In this document: one piece after another, positions 1-9,300 of the stretch
Position numbering within the stretch: position 1 is the first letter of the stretch
Layout of the letters: the number at the start of each line of letters is the position of its first letter
Source: Candidatus Latescibacterota bacterium
GTDB taxonomy: Bacteria > Latescibacterota > UBA2968 > UBA8231
Reading direction: 5' to 3'
Assembly (NCBI GenBank): GCA_965223905.1
Contig: CBDCXV010000010.1
Span: 672,001-736,000, forward strand
Length of the DNA stretch: 64,000 nt
Notes under the pieces: model-generated
Told to the model about the DNA's origin: nothing
What the model saw: the letters and a program-made list of their open reading frames with translations, nothing else
The model's database searches: none
Position numbers and translations under genes: made by a program

Positions 1-1659
1 ATGCCAACGCGAGAGGTGGTGGCGAACACCTTTAACCGCCATGATTTCGCGTTCTGTTGGTCTCATGCCGAAATGGCCCCGCTAATCGCCGGGCTAGGCT
101 ACGACTGGGCAATCCGCCAGACCGCCAAGTGCATCGACGAGCTCGTCGCGCTGGTGCGCCCCGATGCCGACATCGAGAACGACGATCTCTTCGACGATGC
201 GAATGAGGCGAACTACAGACCGCCGCCGATCACGATTTCCTGCAAGCCGGGCGACAGCCTCGACCACATCGAAGACGGCAGCATCGACGCCGTGGTCATG
301 GACCCGCCCTACTACGACAACGTGATGTACGCCGAGTTGTCGGACTTCTTCTACGTCTGGCTCAAGCGCACCGCCGGCCATCTCTTCCCCGACCTGTTCC
401 GCCGCCACCTGACCGACAAGGAGAACGAGGCGGTTGCCAATCCGGCGCGGTTCCAGGGCCAGAAGGGCGCGAAGGCGCTGGCGGGCCGGGACTATCAGGA
501 GCGCATGGCGTCGATCTTCGCCGAGTGCCGCCGGGTACTGAAGCCCGGCGGCATCATGACGCTCATGTTCACGCACAAGGCGACCGGCGCCTGGGACGCG
601 CTGACCAAGGGCCTGATGGAGGCCGGCTTCGCAATCACCGCGTCCTGGCCGGTCAACACCGAGGCCGAGGGCAGCCTGCACATCCGCAACAAGGCGGCGG
701 CCAACAGCACCGTCTTTCTGGTCTGCCGCCCGCCGCATCCTGGCGCTGACCGCGCTGACGAGGAATACGCAGAAGAGGTTCGCGAAGGGGCGCCGCCGTA
801 CGGAGAGTCCCCGACCTCCCTCTATTGGGAAGACGTGGAGCCGAAGGTGGCGCAGGCCGTCCGAGCGAAGGTTGAAGAGTTCCAGAACTCCGGCATTGTC
901 GGGGTCGATCTCTATCTCGCTTCGTTCGGGCCGGCGTTGGAGGAGTTCTCCCGCCACTGGCCCTTGAGGCGGGGAACGCCGCGCGAGGTGCCCGAGGAGC
1001 GCCGGCGGCGGCTCCAGCATGTGTTGTTCGAAGAGGAATGGGATCCCTACGCGGCGACTCCGGAGGACGCTCTCGACGTGGCCCGGCGCGAGGTCAAGCG
1101 CTGGCGCCTGGAGCAACTGACCCATCTCAAGGCCGATGCCGATCTCGACCCCACCACGGCCTTCTTCGTGCTCGCCTGGGACGCCTTCAAGGCGCCGATA
1201 TTCCTCTATGACGAGGCCCTCCGGCTCGCCCGCGCCGTTGGTGTCGATCTCGACGGCGACATCATCGGACGACTGGCGCAGAAGAAGGGCAGCGATCTGC
1301 TGATGTGGGACAGCGCCCGCCGTGCGGCCAAGGGGTCACTCGGCCCGGCGGATGGTTCCCGAGGCATGATCGACGCCATCCACCATGCCGCCAACATGGC
1401 CCGCGCCCGCTCTCTCGAGGCCTCCCGGGACCTGCTGGCCGAGACGCTGGTCGACCAGGACCCGCGCTTCTACTCCGGCCTCGAAGCCGTGCTGGAGGTG
1501 CTCCCGGTGTCCGGGGCCTTTACCGGCATCGAACTCGAAGGCGAGGCGGCCGCCGCCAGCAACGACTTCGAAGCTCTCTACAACCTGTACCGTCTCGCCT
1601 ACAGCGATCAGATCGATGAGCCTGAGCAACTCAAGCTCTGGCAAGACGATGACCTGTGA
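1..1659 (+). CDS. DUF1156-type adenine-specific DNA methyltransferase, 5'-truncated by the window edge
   Basis: Catalytic DPPYYDNVMYAELSDFFYVW motif, RVLKPGG-IMTLMFTHK and SWPVNTE segments typical of this family. Stop TGA 1657-1659 overlaps the next GTG start. Confidence 0.85.
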   Translation: MPTREVVANTFNRHDFAFCWSHAEMAPLIAGLGYDWAIRQTAKCIDELVALVRPDADIENDDLFDDANEANYRPPPITISCKPGDSLDHIEDGSIDAVVMDPPYYDNVMYAELSDFFYVWLKRTAGHLFPDLFRRHLTDKENEAVANPARFQGQKGAKALAGRDYQERMASIFAECRRVLKPGGIMTLMFTHKATGAWDALTKGLMEAGFAITASWPVNTEAEGSLHIRNKAAANSTVFLVCRPPHPGADRADEEYAEEVREGAPPYGESPTSLYWEDVEPKVAQAVRAKVEEFQNSGIVGVDLYLASFGPALEEFSRHWPLRRGTPREVPEERRRRLQHVLFEEEWDPYAATPEDALDVARREVKRWRLEQLTHLKADADLDPTTAFFVLAWDAFKAPIFLYDEALRLARAVGVDLDGDIIGRLAQKKGSDLLMWDSARRAAKGSLGPADGSRGMIDAIHHAANMARARSLEASRDLLAETLVDQDPRFYSGLEAVLEVLPVSGAFTGIELEGEAAAASNDFEALYNLYRLAYSDQIDEPEQLKLWQDDDL

Positions 1660-4600
1660 GCATGCTGCGTGATCGCACATGGCAGCTCAAGTACACCCCC
1701 GATGACGGCGATCTCGTCACCCTGTTCTATCTCCCCGCCCTCGAGGACGCCGAGCGCTACGACCGCCTGACCGGATACTTCAATGCCTGCGCCCTGTCCC
1801 TTGCGGCGCGCGGCATCGAGGGGCTGGTCCGAAACGGGGGCCGAATGCGTCTCGTCGCCGGCTGCACTCTGGCGGCGCCGGAAATCGAGGCGATCGAAAG
1901 GGGAGAGCAGTTGCGTGACCTCGTCGAACGGCGTTTGACGAGTCCCCCCCTCGACCCGCCGGACTCCGACTCTTCCCAAGCCCTGGAACTGCTGGCCTGG
2001 ATGGTGGCCCGCGGCTTCCTCGATGTGAAGGTCGCCGTGCCTTGCGATGCCGATTCCAAGCCGATCCCCGCGGACGGCATCTTTCACGAGAAGGCCGGGA
2101 TCATCCAAGACCGGGGCGGTGACAAGATCGCCTGGAATGGCAGCGTCAACGAGACGGCCGCCGGCTGGCAGTACAACTGGGAGAGCATCAGCGTCTTTAC
2201 AAGCTGGGGTCCGGAGCCCCGCAGGGTTGAAGATGAGGAGGCCAACTTCGCCCGCATATGGGCGAACAAGGCGCAACGCGTGATCGTCCTCGACGTGCCC
2301 GATGCTGCGCGCCGTGACCTGATGCGCTTCATGCCGGCGAACGACAGGCCCGCCCGCCTCGACAAGCTCGAGAGCAAACCGGTGAAGCCCTTGCCCGAAG
2401 AGCCGGACTCTCCACCCCGGGAACCCAGAGACTCGCCGCAGGGCGGGCAGGTGGATCTACGAAGCCGCGTCTGGTCCTTCATCCGGCATGCTCCCACATT
2501 GTCACAGACGGGAGAACGTGTAGGCGAGATGACCTCGGCGGTCACTCCCTGGCCTCACCAGGTGAGAGCCTTTGAGCGCCTCTACCACAATTGGCCGCCC
2601 AGACTGCTGATCGCCGATGAAGTTGGCCTCGGTAAGACCATCCAGGCAGGCATGCTGTTGAGACAGGCCTGGCTCTCCGGTCGAGTCAAACGGATCCTGA
2701 TCCTGGCTCCCAAGGCTGTCCTGAACCAGTGGCAGATCGAGCTGCGCGAGAAGTTCAACCTCAACTGGCCGATCTACGACGGGAGCAAGCTGGTCTGGTA
2801 CCCTTCTCCGGCTTGGCGCGGACGGAACGAGCGCGATGCTGACCGCGACCACTGGCACCAGGAACCAGTGGTGATCGCCTCGAGCCACCTGATGCGACGG
2901 CGAGATCGTGCCGCGGCTCTTCTGGAGCAAGCCGAACCCTGGGACTTGGTGATACTCGACGAGGCCCACCATGCCCGCAGGCGCGCCGCGGGAAGCCCGC
3001 AGGAAGGCGGCCCCAACGCCCTTCTCCAGCTCATGCAGGGTCTCAAGAACCGAACGAAGGGATTGGTTCTGCTGACGGCCACGCCGATGCAGGTGCATCC
3101 CATTGAGGTCTGGGACCTGCTGGATCTCCTCGGCCTGCCGCCGGAGTGGGACTCCAAGGCGTTCCTCGACTTCTTCGAGGACATGGCGCAGGAGAGTCCC
3201 TCCGAGGAGGCCCTGGATCGTATGGCCGGGCTGTTCCGGTCAGCCGAAGGCGCATACGGGGCCGTCGAGACGGAGGAAGCCCAACGACGTGCCGACCTGA
3301 CGCCCTTGAAGGCCAACAAGATCCTCCGTGCCCTGCGTGACGCCGCCAGTATCCCGCGCCGTCAGCTGGAAACCACGGAACGCCGCGCCGCGATGAGAAT
3401 CATGCAGGCCCACACGCCGCTGCGCAGGCTGGTCTCTCGACACACGCGAGAGGTGCTGCGGCGGTACTTCAGGGCGGGAATGTTGACGACGCGGGTTGCT
3501 GATCGCCAGGTGGAAGACCGCTTTCTCCAGATGACTCCGGAAGAGCGGGAACTCTACGACGCGGTCGAGAAATACATCGCCAGTACCTACAACCAAGCCA
3601 GCGCGAAGGAGCGTACGGCCGTGGGCTTTGTCATGACCATCTATCGCCGCCGGCTGGCCAGCAGCTTCCGGGCCCTGAGCAGAACGCTTCAGAAGCATCG
3701 CGAAGCCATTGCCGCCGGGGATCAGGCACAGTTGGCGGGCCTCGACGAAGACGTTCCGGACGATGAACTGATCAGCGAGTACCCGGATACCGCCGAGCTG
3801 GAGAAACTCCAGCTCCAGGCTCTTGCGGCCGAGGAGGAGGCCGACATCCACGGTCTTCTCGACTCCATCGAGGGCCTCCCGCCCGACAGCAAGCTCGCAG
3901 GCCTGAAGAGCGCTCTTGACGAGGTGCGCCAGGACGGGTACAGCCAAGTGATGGTCTTCACCCAGTACACGGACACCATGGATTTCCTGCGCGAGGAGCT
4001 CCACAAGGACGCAGATTCGAGGCTGATGTGCTTCTCAGGGCGCGGTGGTGAAGTGCCGTCTGCTGACGGCACCTGGCGACGGATCACCCGCGACGACGCC
4101 AAGCGGCGGTTCCTCGAGGGTGAGGCCGACGTCCTTCTATGCACCGAGGCCGCGGCCGAGGGTTTGAACTTTCAGTTCTGCGGCGCCCTGATCAACTACG
4201 ACATGCCCTGGAACCCCATGAAGGTGGAGCAACGCATCGGCCGCATCGACCGGCTCGGCCAGCAACATTCCGTCATCCGGATTGTCAACCTGCACTACGA
4301 GGGCACAGTGGAAACCGACGTGTACCGGGCGCTCAGGGAACGCATCGGTCTGTTCGAGTCCGTGGTCGGGCGGCTGCAGCCCATTCTCGCCAGGCTCCCC
4401 GGTGTCATTTCGGAAACGGTACTGTCGGGCCGCGAGCGCGAGGAAGCGGAACGCGCTCGGGTCGTTAGCAGGATCGAACAGCAGGCAACTGAATCAGAGA
4501 GAAGCGGATTCGATATCGATGCGGTGACAGAAGAAGAACTCACCATGCCGGAGCGACCACGGTCACCGGTTACCATGGAAGACCTCGACCGGGTGATCGG

Positions 4601-4844
4601 AACCCCGGATCTCATGCCTCCCGGCTTCGATGTCCAGTCAATGAGAAACCGGGAATACGGCCTGCTGGCCCCTGGTATGATTGACCGCCTCCGCGTGACC
4701 ACTGATCCCGGGTATTTCGAGAAACATGCCGAGAGCATGGAGCTCTGGTCGCCGGGCAATGCGCTGTTTATCCCTCCGGAGTTCGCAACGCAGGAGGCCC
4801 CGCCCCCAGGCGACAAGACGTTGAAGGACATCCTGGACGGCTGA
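1656..4844 (+). CDS. PLD-like nuclease fused to SNF2-family helicase
   Basis: N-terminal YDRLTGYF and FHEKAGII...NGSVNET (single HKD-type motif). LLIADEVGLGKT, ILDEAHH, LLTATP, EGLNFQ and QRIGRIDR helicase motifs. GTGA overlap with the methyltransferase. Confidence 0.9.
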   Translation: MSMLRDRTWQLKYTPDDGDLVTLFYLPALEDAERYDRLTGYFNACALSLAARGIEGLVRNGGRMRLVAGCTLAAPEIEAIERGEQLRDLVERRLTSPPLDPPDSDSSQALELLAWMVARGFLDVKVAVPCDADSKPIPADGIFHEKAGIIQDRGGDKIAWNGSVNETAAGWQYNWESISVFTSWGPEPRRVEDEEANFARIWANKAQRVIVLDVPDAARRDLMRFMPANDRPARLDKLESKPVKPLPEEPDSPPREPRDSPQGGQVDLRSRVWSFIRHAPTLSQTGERVGEMTSAVTPWPHQVRAFERLYHNWPPRLLIADEVGLGKTIQAGMLLRQAWLSGRVKRILILAPKAVLNQWQIELREKFNLNWPIYDGSKLVWYPSPAWRGRNERDADRDHWHQEPVVIASSHLMRRRDRAAALLEQAEPWDLVILDEAHHARRRAAGSPQEGGPNALLQLMQGLKNRTKGLVLLTATPMQVHPIEVWDLLDLLGLPPEWDSKAFLDFFEDMAQESPSEEALDRMAGLFRSAEGAYGAVETEEAQRRADLTPLKANKILRALRDAASIPRRQLETTERRAAMRIMQAHTPLRRLVSRHTREVLRRYFRAGMLTTRVADRQVEDRFLQMTPEERELYDAVEKYIASTYNQASAKERTAVGFVMTIYRRRLASSFRALSRTLQKHREAIAAGDQAQLAGLDEDVPDDELISEYPDTAELEKLQLQALAAEEEADIHGLLDSIEGLPPDSKLAGLKSALDEVRQDGYSQVMVFTQYTDTMDFLREELHKDADSRLMCFSGRGGEVPSADGTWRRITRDDAKRRFLEGEADVLLCTEAAAEGLNFQFCGALINYDMPWNPMKVEQRIGRIDRLGQQHSVIRIVNLHYEGTVETDVYRALRERIGLFESVVGRLQPILARLPGVISETVLSGREREEAERARVVSRIEQQATESERSGFDIDAVTEEELTMPERPRSPVTMEDLDRVIGTPDLMPPGFDVQSMRNREYGLLAPGMIDRLRVTTDPGYFEKHAESMELWSPGNALFIPPEFATQEAPPPGDKTLKDILDG

Positions 4845-5010
4845 CTCATTCGCAGGCCGCGGGCGCGGTTTGCTGAGTGCCACTGTACAAGGATCGGCAC
4901 GCCCGGTACCCAGTCGCGACTCCCTCAAGACGATCTCCCGAAGGGCGACCGTCTCCTCCCCCCCGGCATCCGTCCCGCCCCCCTCAGTACAGAAGCAAAT
5001 GCCCCTTTTT

Positions 5011-5048
5011 TTGACTGTGCCTGGTTTTGCCAACATATTTGTTTGCAA
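5011..5048 (+). promoter_or_regulatory. Sigma70-like promoter with overlapping inverted repeat (putative operator)
   Basis: TTGACT (5011-5016), 17 bp, CATATT (5034-5039). Inverted repeat TTGCCAACA-tatt-TGTTTGCAA (5027-5048, 1 mismatch) covers the -10 box. AT-rich patch 30 bp upstream of ATG 5078. Confidence 0.6.
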
Positions 5049-5077
5049 CAAATCCGTTGGAGACGAATGGCAAAGGG

Positions 5078-6343
5078 ATGTCACTCAGGAAAGCCGGGGC
5101 AAATTGGGTTGAGGGGGATCGGTTCTTCGACCGGGAGAGCGAGCTTGAAGCGCTCACCGAGCGGGTAAGGGACGGAACCCACACGCTGTTGACTGCCCAG
5201 CGGCGGATGGGCAAAACGAGCCTGGTTCGGGAGCTACAGCGTCGCTTACAGGCAGAGGCCAAGTTCGAGATGGTCTTCGTCGATCTGGAGGGCGCTGCAA
5301 CCCCTGCAGATGCCATAGCCGAAATCGGGGTTCAGTCGAGGTCGGTGCAGGGCGCATGGCGCCGGATCAAGGCTTGGCTCGCCAACAACTTATTGGAGGT
5401 CGGGATCGGCGCTCGGCTAGATGAGCTGGCTGCACCCGAGGTGTGGGTAAAGCTCCGCGCCGCGATCGATGCCGGAAACTGGCGGCAGAAAGGTGACGAG
5501 GTCTTCGCTGCTCTGGCGAAGAATGATCGTCGTGTGGTGCTGGCAATCGACGAACTCCCGATTCTCGTCAACCGGTTGCTGAAAGGAGACGACTACCGCA
5601 TCACGCCAGAGCGACGGCAGGCGGTTGACGAGTTCTTGGGCTGGCTTCGCAAGAACGGCCAGGCGCATCGTGGCCGAATCTGTCTGATCCTCTCCGGCAG
5701 CGTCAGTCTCGAACCGATCCTGCGACAGGCCGGGCTCAGCGCCCACGCTAACATCTTCTTCCCCTTCGATCTGAAGTCCTGGGACGATGAGACCGCCGCC
5801 GCCTGCCTCGCGGAGCTGGCCAACAGTTATTGCCTCGATCTCCCCCTCCCGGTCCGCTTGGAGATGTGCCGCAAACTGCGGTGTCAGATTCCCCACCATG
5901 TGCAGCAATTCTTCGACAACCTTCACGAAGATCTGCGCAGCGCCGGCCGGAGCGAAGCCACGATGACCGACGTAGAGCGGGTGTACACCACTGAAATGCT
6001 CGCCGTCCGAGGACAGATGGACCTCGATCATTACGAGAGCCGGCTGAAAATGGTGCTCGGGCGGGAGGTTTATGGAATCGCCCTTGAGATATTGACCGAA
6101 GCCGCGGTCGATGACGGCCAGTTGAGCAGCGATGTCGTCGACAGGTACCGCGAGTATTTCCAAGGCCGGGCCCAAGCCGAAACCGAGGCGGACCCGGTCC
6201 CGATCGAGGACGTGCTCTACGTGCTCGAACATGACGGGTACCTTGAGCGGCAGGGCGACGGCTACCGGTTCGTATCGGGTCTGCTCGAAGACTGGTGGCG
6301 CGCTCGGCACAGCCGGCACTTCGTCCCCATCAAACTGCGCTGA
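5078..6343 (+). CDS. Archaeal-type/STAND-like P-loop ATPase with probable C-terminal winged helix
   Basis: FFDRESEL, Walker A AQRRMGKTS, Walker B VLAIDEL, ILSGS, PHHVQ, C-terminal LEHDGYL...YRFVSGLLEDWW. Start moved to ATG 5078 (MSLRK) from the track's TTG 5027. Confidence 0.8.
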   Translation: MSLRKAGANWVEGDRFFDRESELEALTERVRDGTHTLLTAQRRMGKTSLVRELQRRLQAEAKFEMVFVDLEGAATPADAIAEIGVQSRSVQGAWRRIKAWLANNLLEVGIGARLDELAAPEVWVKLRAAIDAGNWRQKGDEVFAALAKNDRRVVLAIDELPILVNRLLKGDDYRITPERRQAVDEFLGWLRKNGQAHRGRICLILSGSVSLEPILRQAGLSAHANIFFPFDLKSWDDETAAACLAELANSYCLDLPLPVRLEMCRKLRCQIPHHVQQFFDNLHEDLRSAGRSEATMTDVERVYTTEMLAVRGQMDLDHYESRLKMVLGREVYGIALEILTEAAVDDGQLSSDVVDRYREYFQGRAQAETEADPVPIEDVLYVLEHDGYLERQGDGYRFVSGLLEDWWRARHSRHFVPIKLR

Positions 6344-6364
6344 ATCATAACGGAGCAGGAAACG

Positions 6365-9300
6365 ATGACCGTGACCGCCAGGAAGTACAACCCGGGGTTC
6401 CTCACCGACGAGGAGCTGATGGCCTCGTTCTGCGTGAGGACGGGGGAGTTCGAATCGATCATCGAAATGCTGCGCGAATGCACCGGACCCTCGAATCCGC
6501 ATCAAATCGTGATCGGCCCTCGCGGCAGCGGCAAGACAAGCCTGCTTCTGCGCGTCGCAGCCGAAGTGCGCCGGGACCCGGAGTTGTCGCGGGGCTTTTT
6601 TCCGGTCGTCTTCGCGGAGGAGAGCTACGAAGTCGACACCGCCGGGGAGTTCTGGCTGGAATCCCTGTCGCGGCTGGCGGACCAAGCACCCCATCAGGAG
6701 GACGCCCCCGACCTGCACCGAACCTTCGCAGACCTGCGCACCATCCAGGACGACAGGACACTCGGCGAGCGTTGCCTGGGCGCTCTGCTCGACTTCTCGG
6801 ACCGGGAGGGCAAACGGCTCGTGCTGATGGTCGAGAATCTGGGCATGATGTTCAAAGACATGTCGGACCAGGAGGCGGGTTGGCGGCTGCGCAAGATCCT
6901 TCAGACCGAGCCGCGGATCATCCTGCTCGCAAGCGCGACCAGCCGCTTCGACGAGATCGACCACCCGGACCACGCCCTCTACGACTTGCTCCGGGTACGC
7001 ACGCTACGCCCTCTCGACACCGACGAGTGCACCGTGCTTTGGGAAGCAGTGGCCGGCAAACAGCCCCGGTCCGAGACGATCCGGTCACTGGAGATTCTCA
7101 CCGGCGGCAGCCCGCGCCTCGTTGCGATCGTGGCCCGGTTCCGCGCGGGGCGCTCTTTTCGCCAGCTCATGGAAGATCTTCTCGACCTCGTCGACGACCA
7201 TACGGAATACTTCAAAAGCCACATCGAATCGCTACCCGCACAGGAGCGGCGGGTCTACCTCGCCCTCGCGGACCTTTGGAAGCCGGCGACCACGAGGGAG
7301 ATCGCCGACAGAACCCGGATCGAAACGAGCAAATGCAGCGCCCAGCTTACCCGCCTCACCGAACGAGGCGTCGTCCAAGTCACGGGCGGCAGCGCCCGGC
7401 GCAAGCAGTATTACCTGACCGAACGGCTGTACAACATCTACTACCTGCTGCGGCGAAACCGCGGGCCGGACTCACTGATCGAGACCCTTATCCAGTTCAT
7501 GGAGTCGTACTACTCTCCAACGGAGCTTATGGAGATCGGCGCCGGTATAGTCCGGGAATTGGACGCCTTCGATACCGAGAAGCAATTGCTGCACCGGGCT
7601 GCGCTCGCACGATTGGTAGAGTTGCCGGCTCTATCCAGGCATCGGGACGAGCTGTTGGCAAGGGTACCACAGAGCTTGTTGAAACCAGACAGGAGTCCGG
7701 TCCTGCCCAGTGGGGCGGACACGGCTTCTGCGGGAACAGATGAATCCAAAGAATTGGCAGCGGCTACGGATCTCTTCAACAACGCGGTCGAGTTGCAGAA
7801 CCGGAACAGGCGGGAGGAGGCGCTGGCCGCCTATGACGAACTGACACGTCGATTTGGGGAAAAGGAGACCCCGGCAGTTGTCGGTCTGGTCGCCAGGGCT
7901 CTCGTCAACAAAGGAGCTTTACTTGGCTGGGGAGACCTGCTTGATGAGCCAAACATGGAAGAAAACGCACTTACTGCCGTTGTCGAAACGATTAATCGAT
8001 CTGGAAGCCGCCGGGATGCGTTAAACCTTCCCGATATGCACTCAATGATGGGAGTCAGTAATGGTTCTGGAATGAACCGGATGCAGGACGCACTGGATGT
8101 CTACGACGACGTGGTGCGTCGATTCGGGGAGAGCAAGATGCCGGACCTTCTCGAGCCAGTCTCCGCAGCGCTCATAGACAAAGGAACCCTGCTCATCTGC
8201 TTGAACCAAATGGAGGAAGCGCTTGCTGTCTACGACGACGTGGTGCGCCGATTCGGGGAGAGCAAAATGCCGAACCTTCTCAGGCCGGTCGCCGCGGCGC
8301 TCATGGGAAAAGGTGCCCTGTTCGGGATGCTGAAGCTGCCACATAAAGCGCTGGCCGCCTTTGACGAGGTGATTGAACGGTTCGGGGAGAGGGAGATGCC
8401 AAACCTTCTTGAACTTGTCGCCGCGGCGCTCGTAGGTAAAGGGGGTCTACTAAGGGAAATGAATCGGCCACGAGCAGCACTGGCCGCCTATGACGAAGTG
8501 GTGGTTCGATGTGGAGAAAGCGAATCACCGAGGTTTCTTCGACTGGTCGCGGAGGGCATCGTAAGCAAGGGGGTACTACTCGGGGAGTTGAATCGGCCAG
8601 ATGAAGCGCTTGCCGCCCTTGACGAAGCTGTTTCCCGGTTCGGGCAAAGCGAATCACCGATGGTCCTTCGACTGACCGCAGAGGCCCTCGTAACCAGGGG
8701 GATCACACTCGGCAGGATGAATCGGCTGGAGGAAACACTGGAAACCCTTCACGAAGTGGTGCAACGGTTCGGAAAAAGCGAGATACCGATGGTCCCCCAA
8801 CTGGTTGCGATGGCCCTCTTCTACATGGGAGTCACATTCGGCAGGATGAACCGGGCAGAGGAAGCACTAGCCCCTTATGACGAGGTCGTAAAGCGATTCG
8901 AGAAAAGCGAGACATCGGTACCTCTCGAGTTCGTTGTCAAAGCCCTTGTTCACAAGGGGATAGAACTCATCAACTTGAACCGAACAGAGGAAGCACTGGC
9001 CCCCTTGAACGAGGTGGTGCGGCGATTCAGGGAGAGTGAGACGCCGGCCGTTCTCGAAATGGTCGCATCGGCCTTCGTCGGAAAAGGGATCATACTCAAC
9101 GACTTGGATCGGTCAGAGCAAGCGCTGGCCGTCTTTGAGGAAATGCTGTGCTGTTTTGGGGAAAGCGAGAGCCATGCAGTTCTAAGCCAAGTAGTGATTG
9201 CCCTTCTGAACAAGGGTGGCACACTCATGGGGCTAAACCGGCCAGAGGAAGCGCTGGTCGCTTTTGACGAAGTAGTGCGTCGATTCGGGGACGATAGTTC

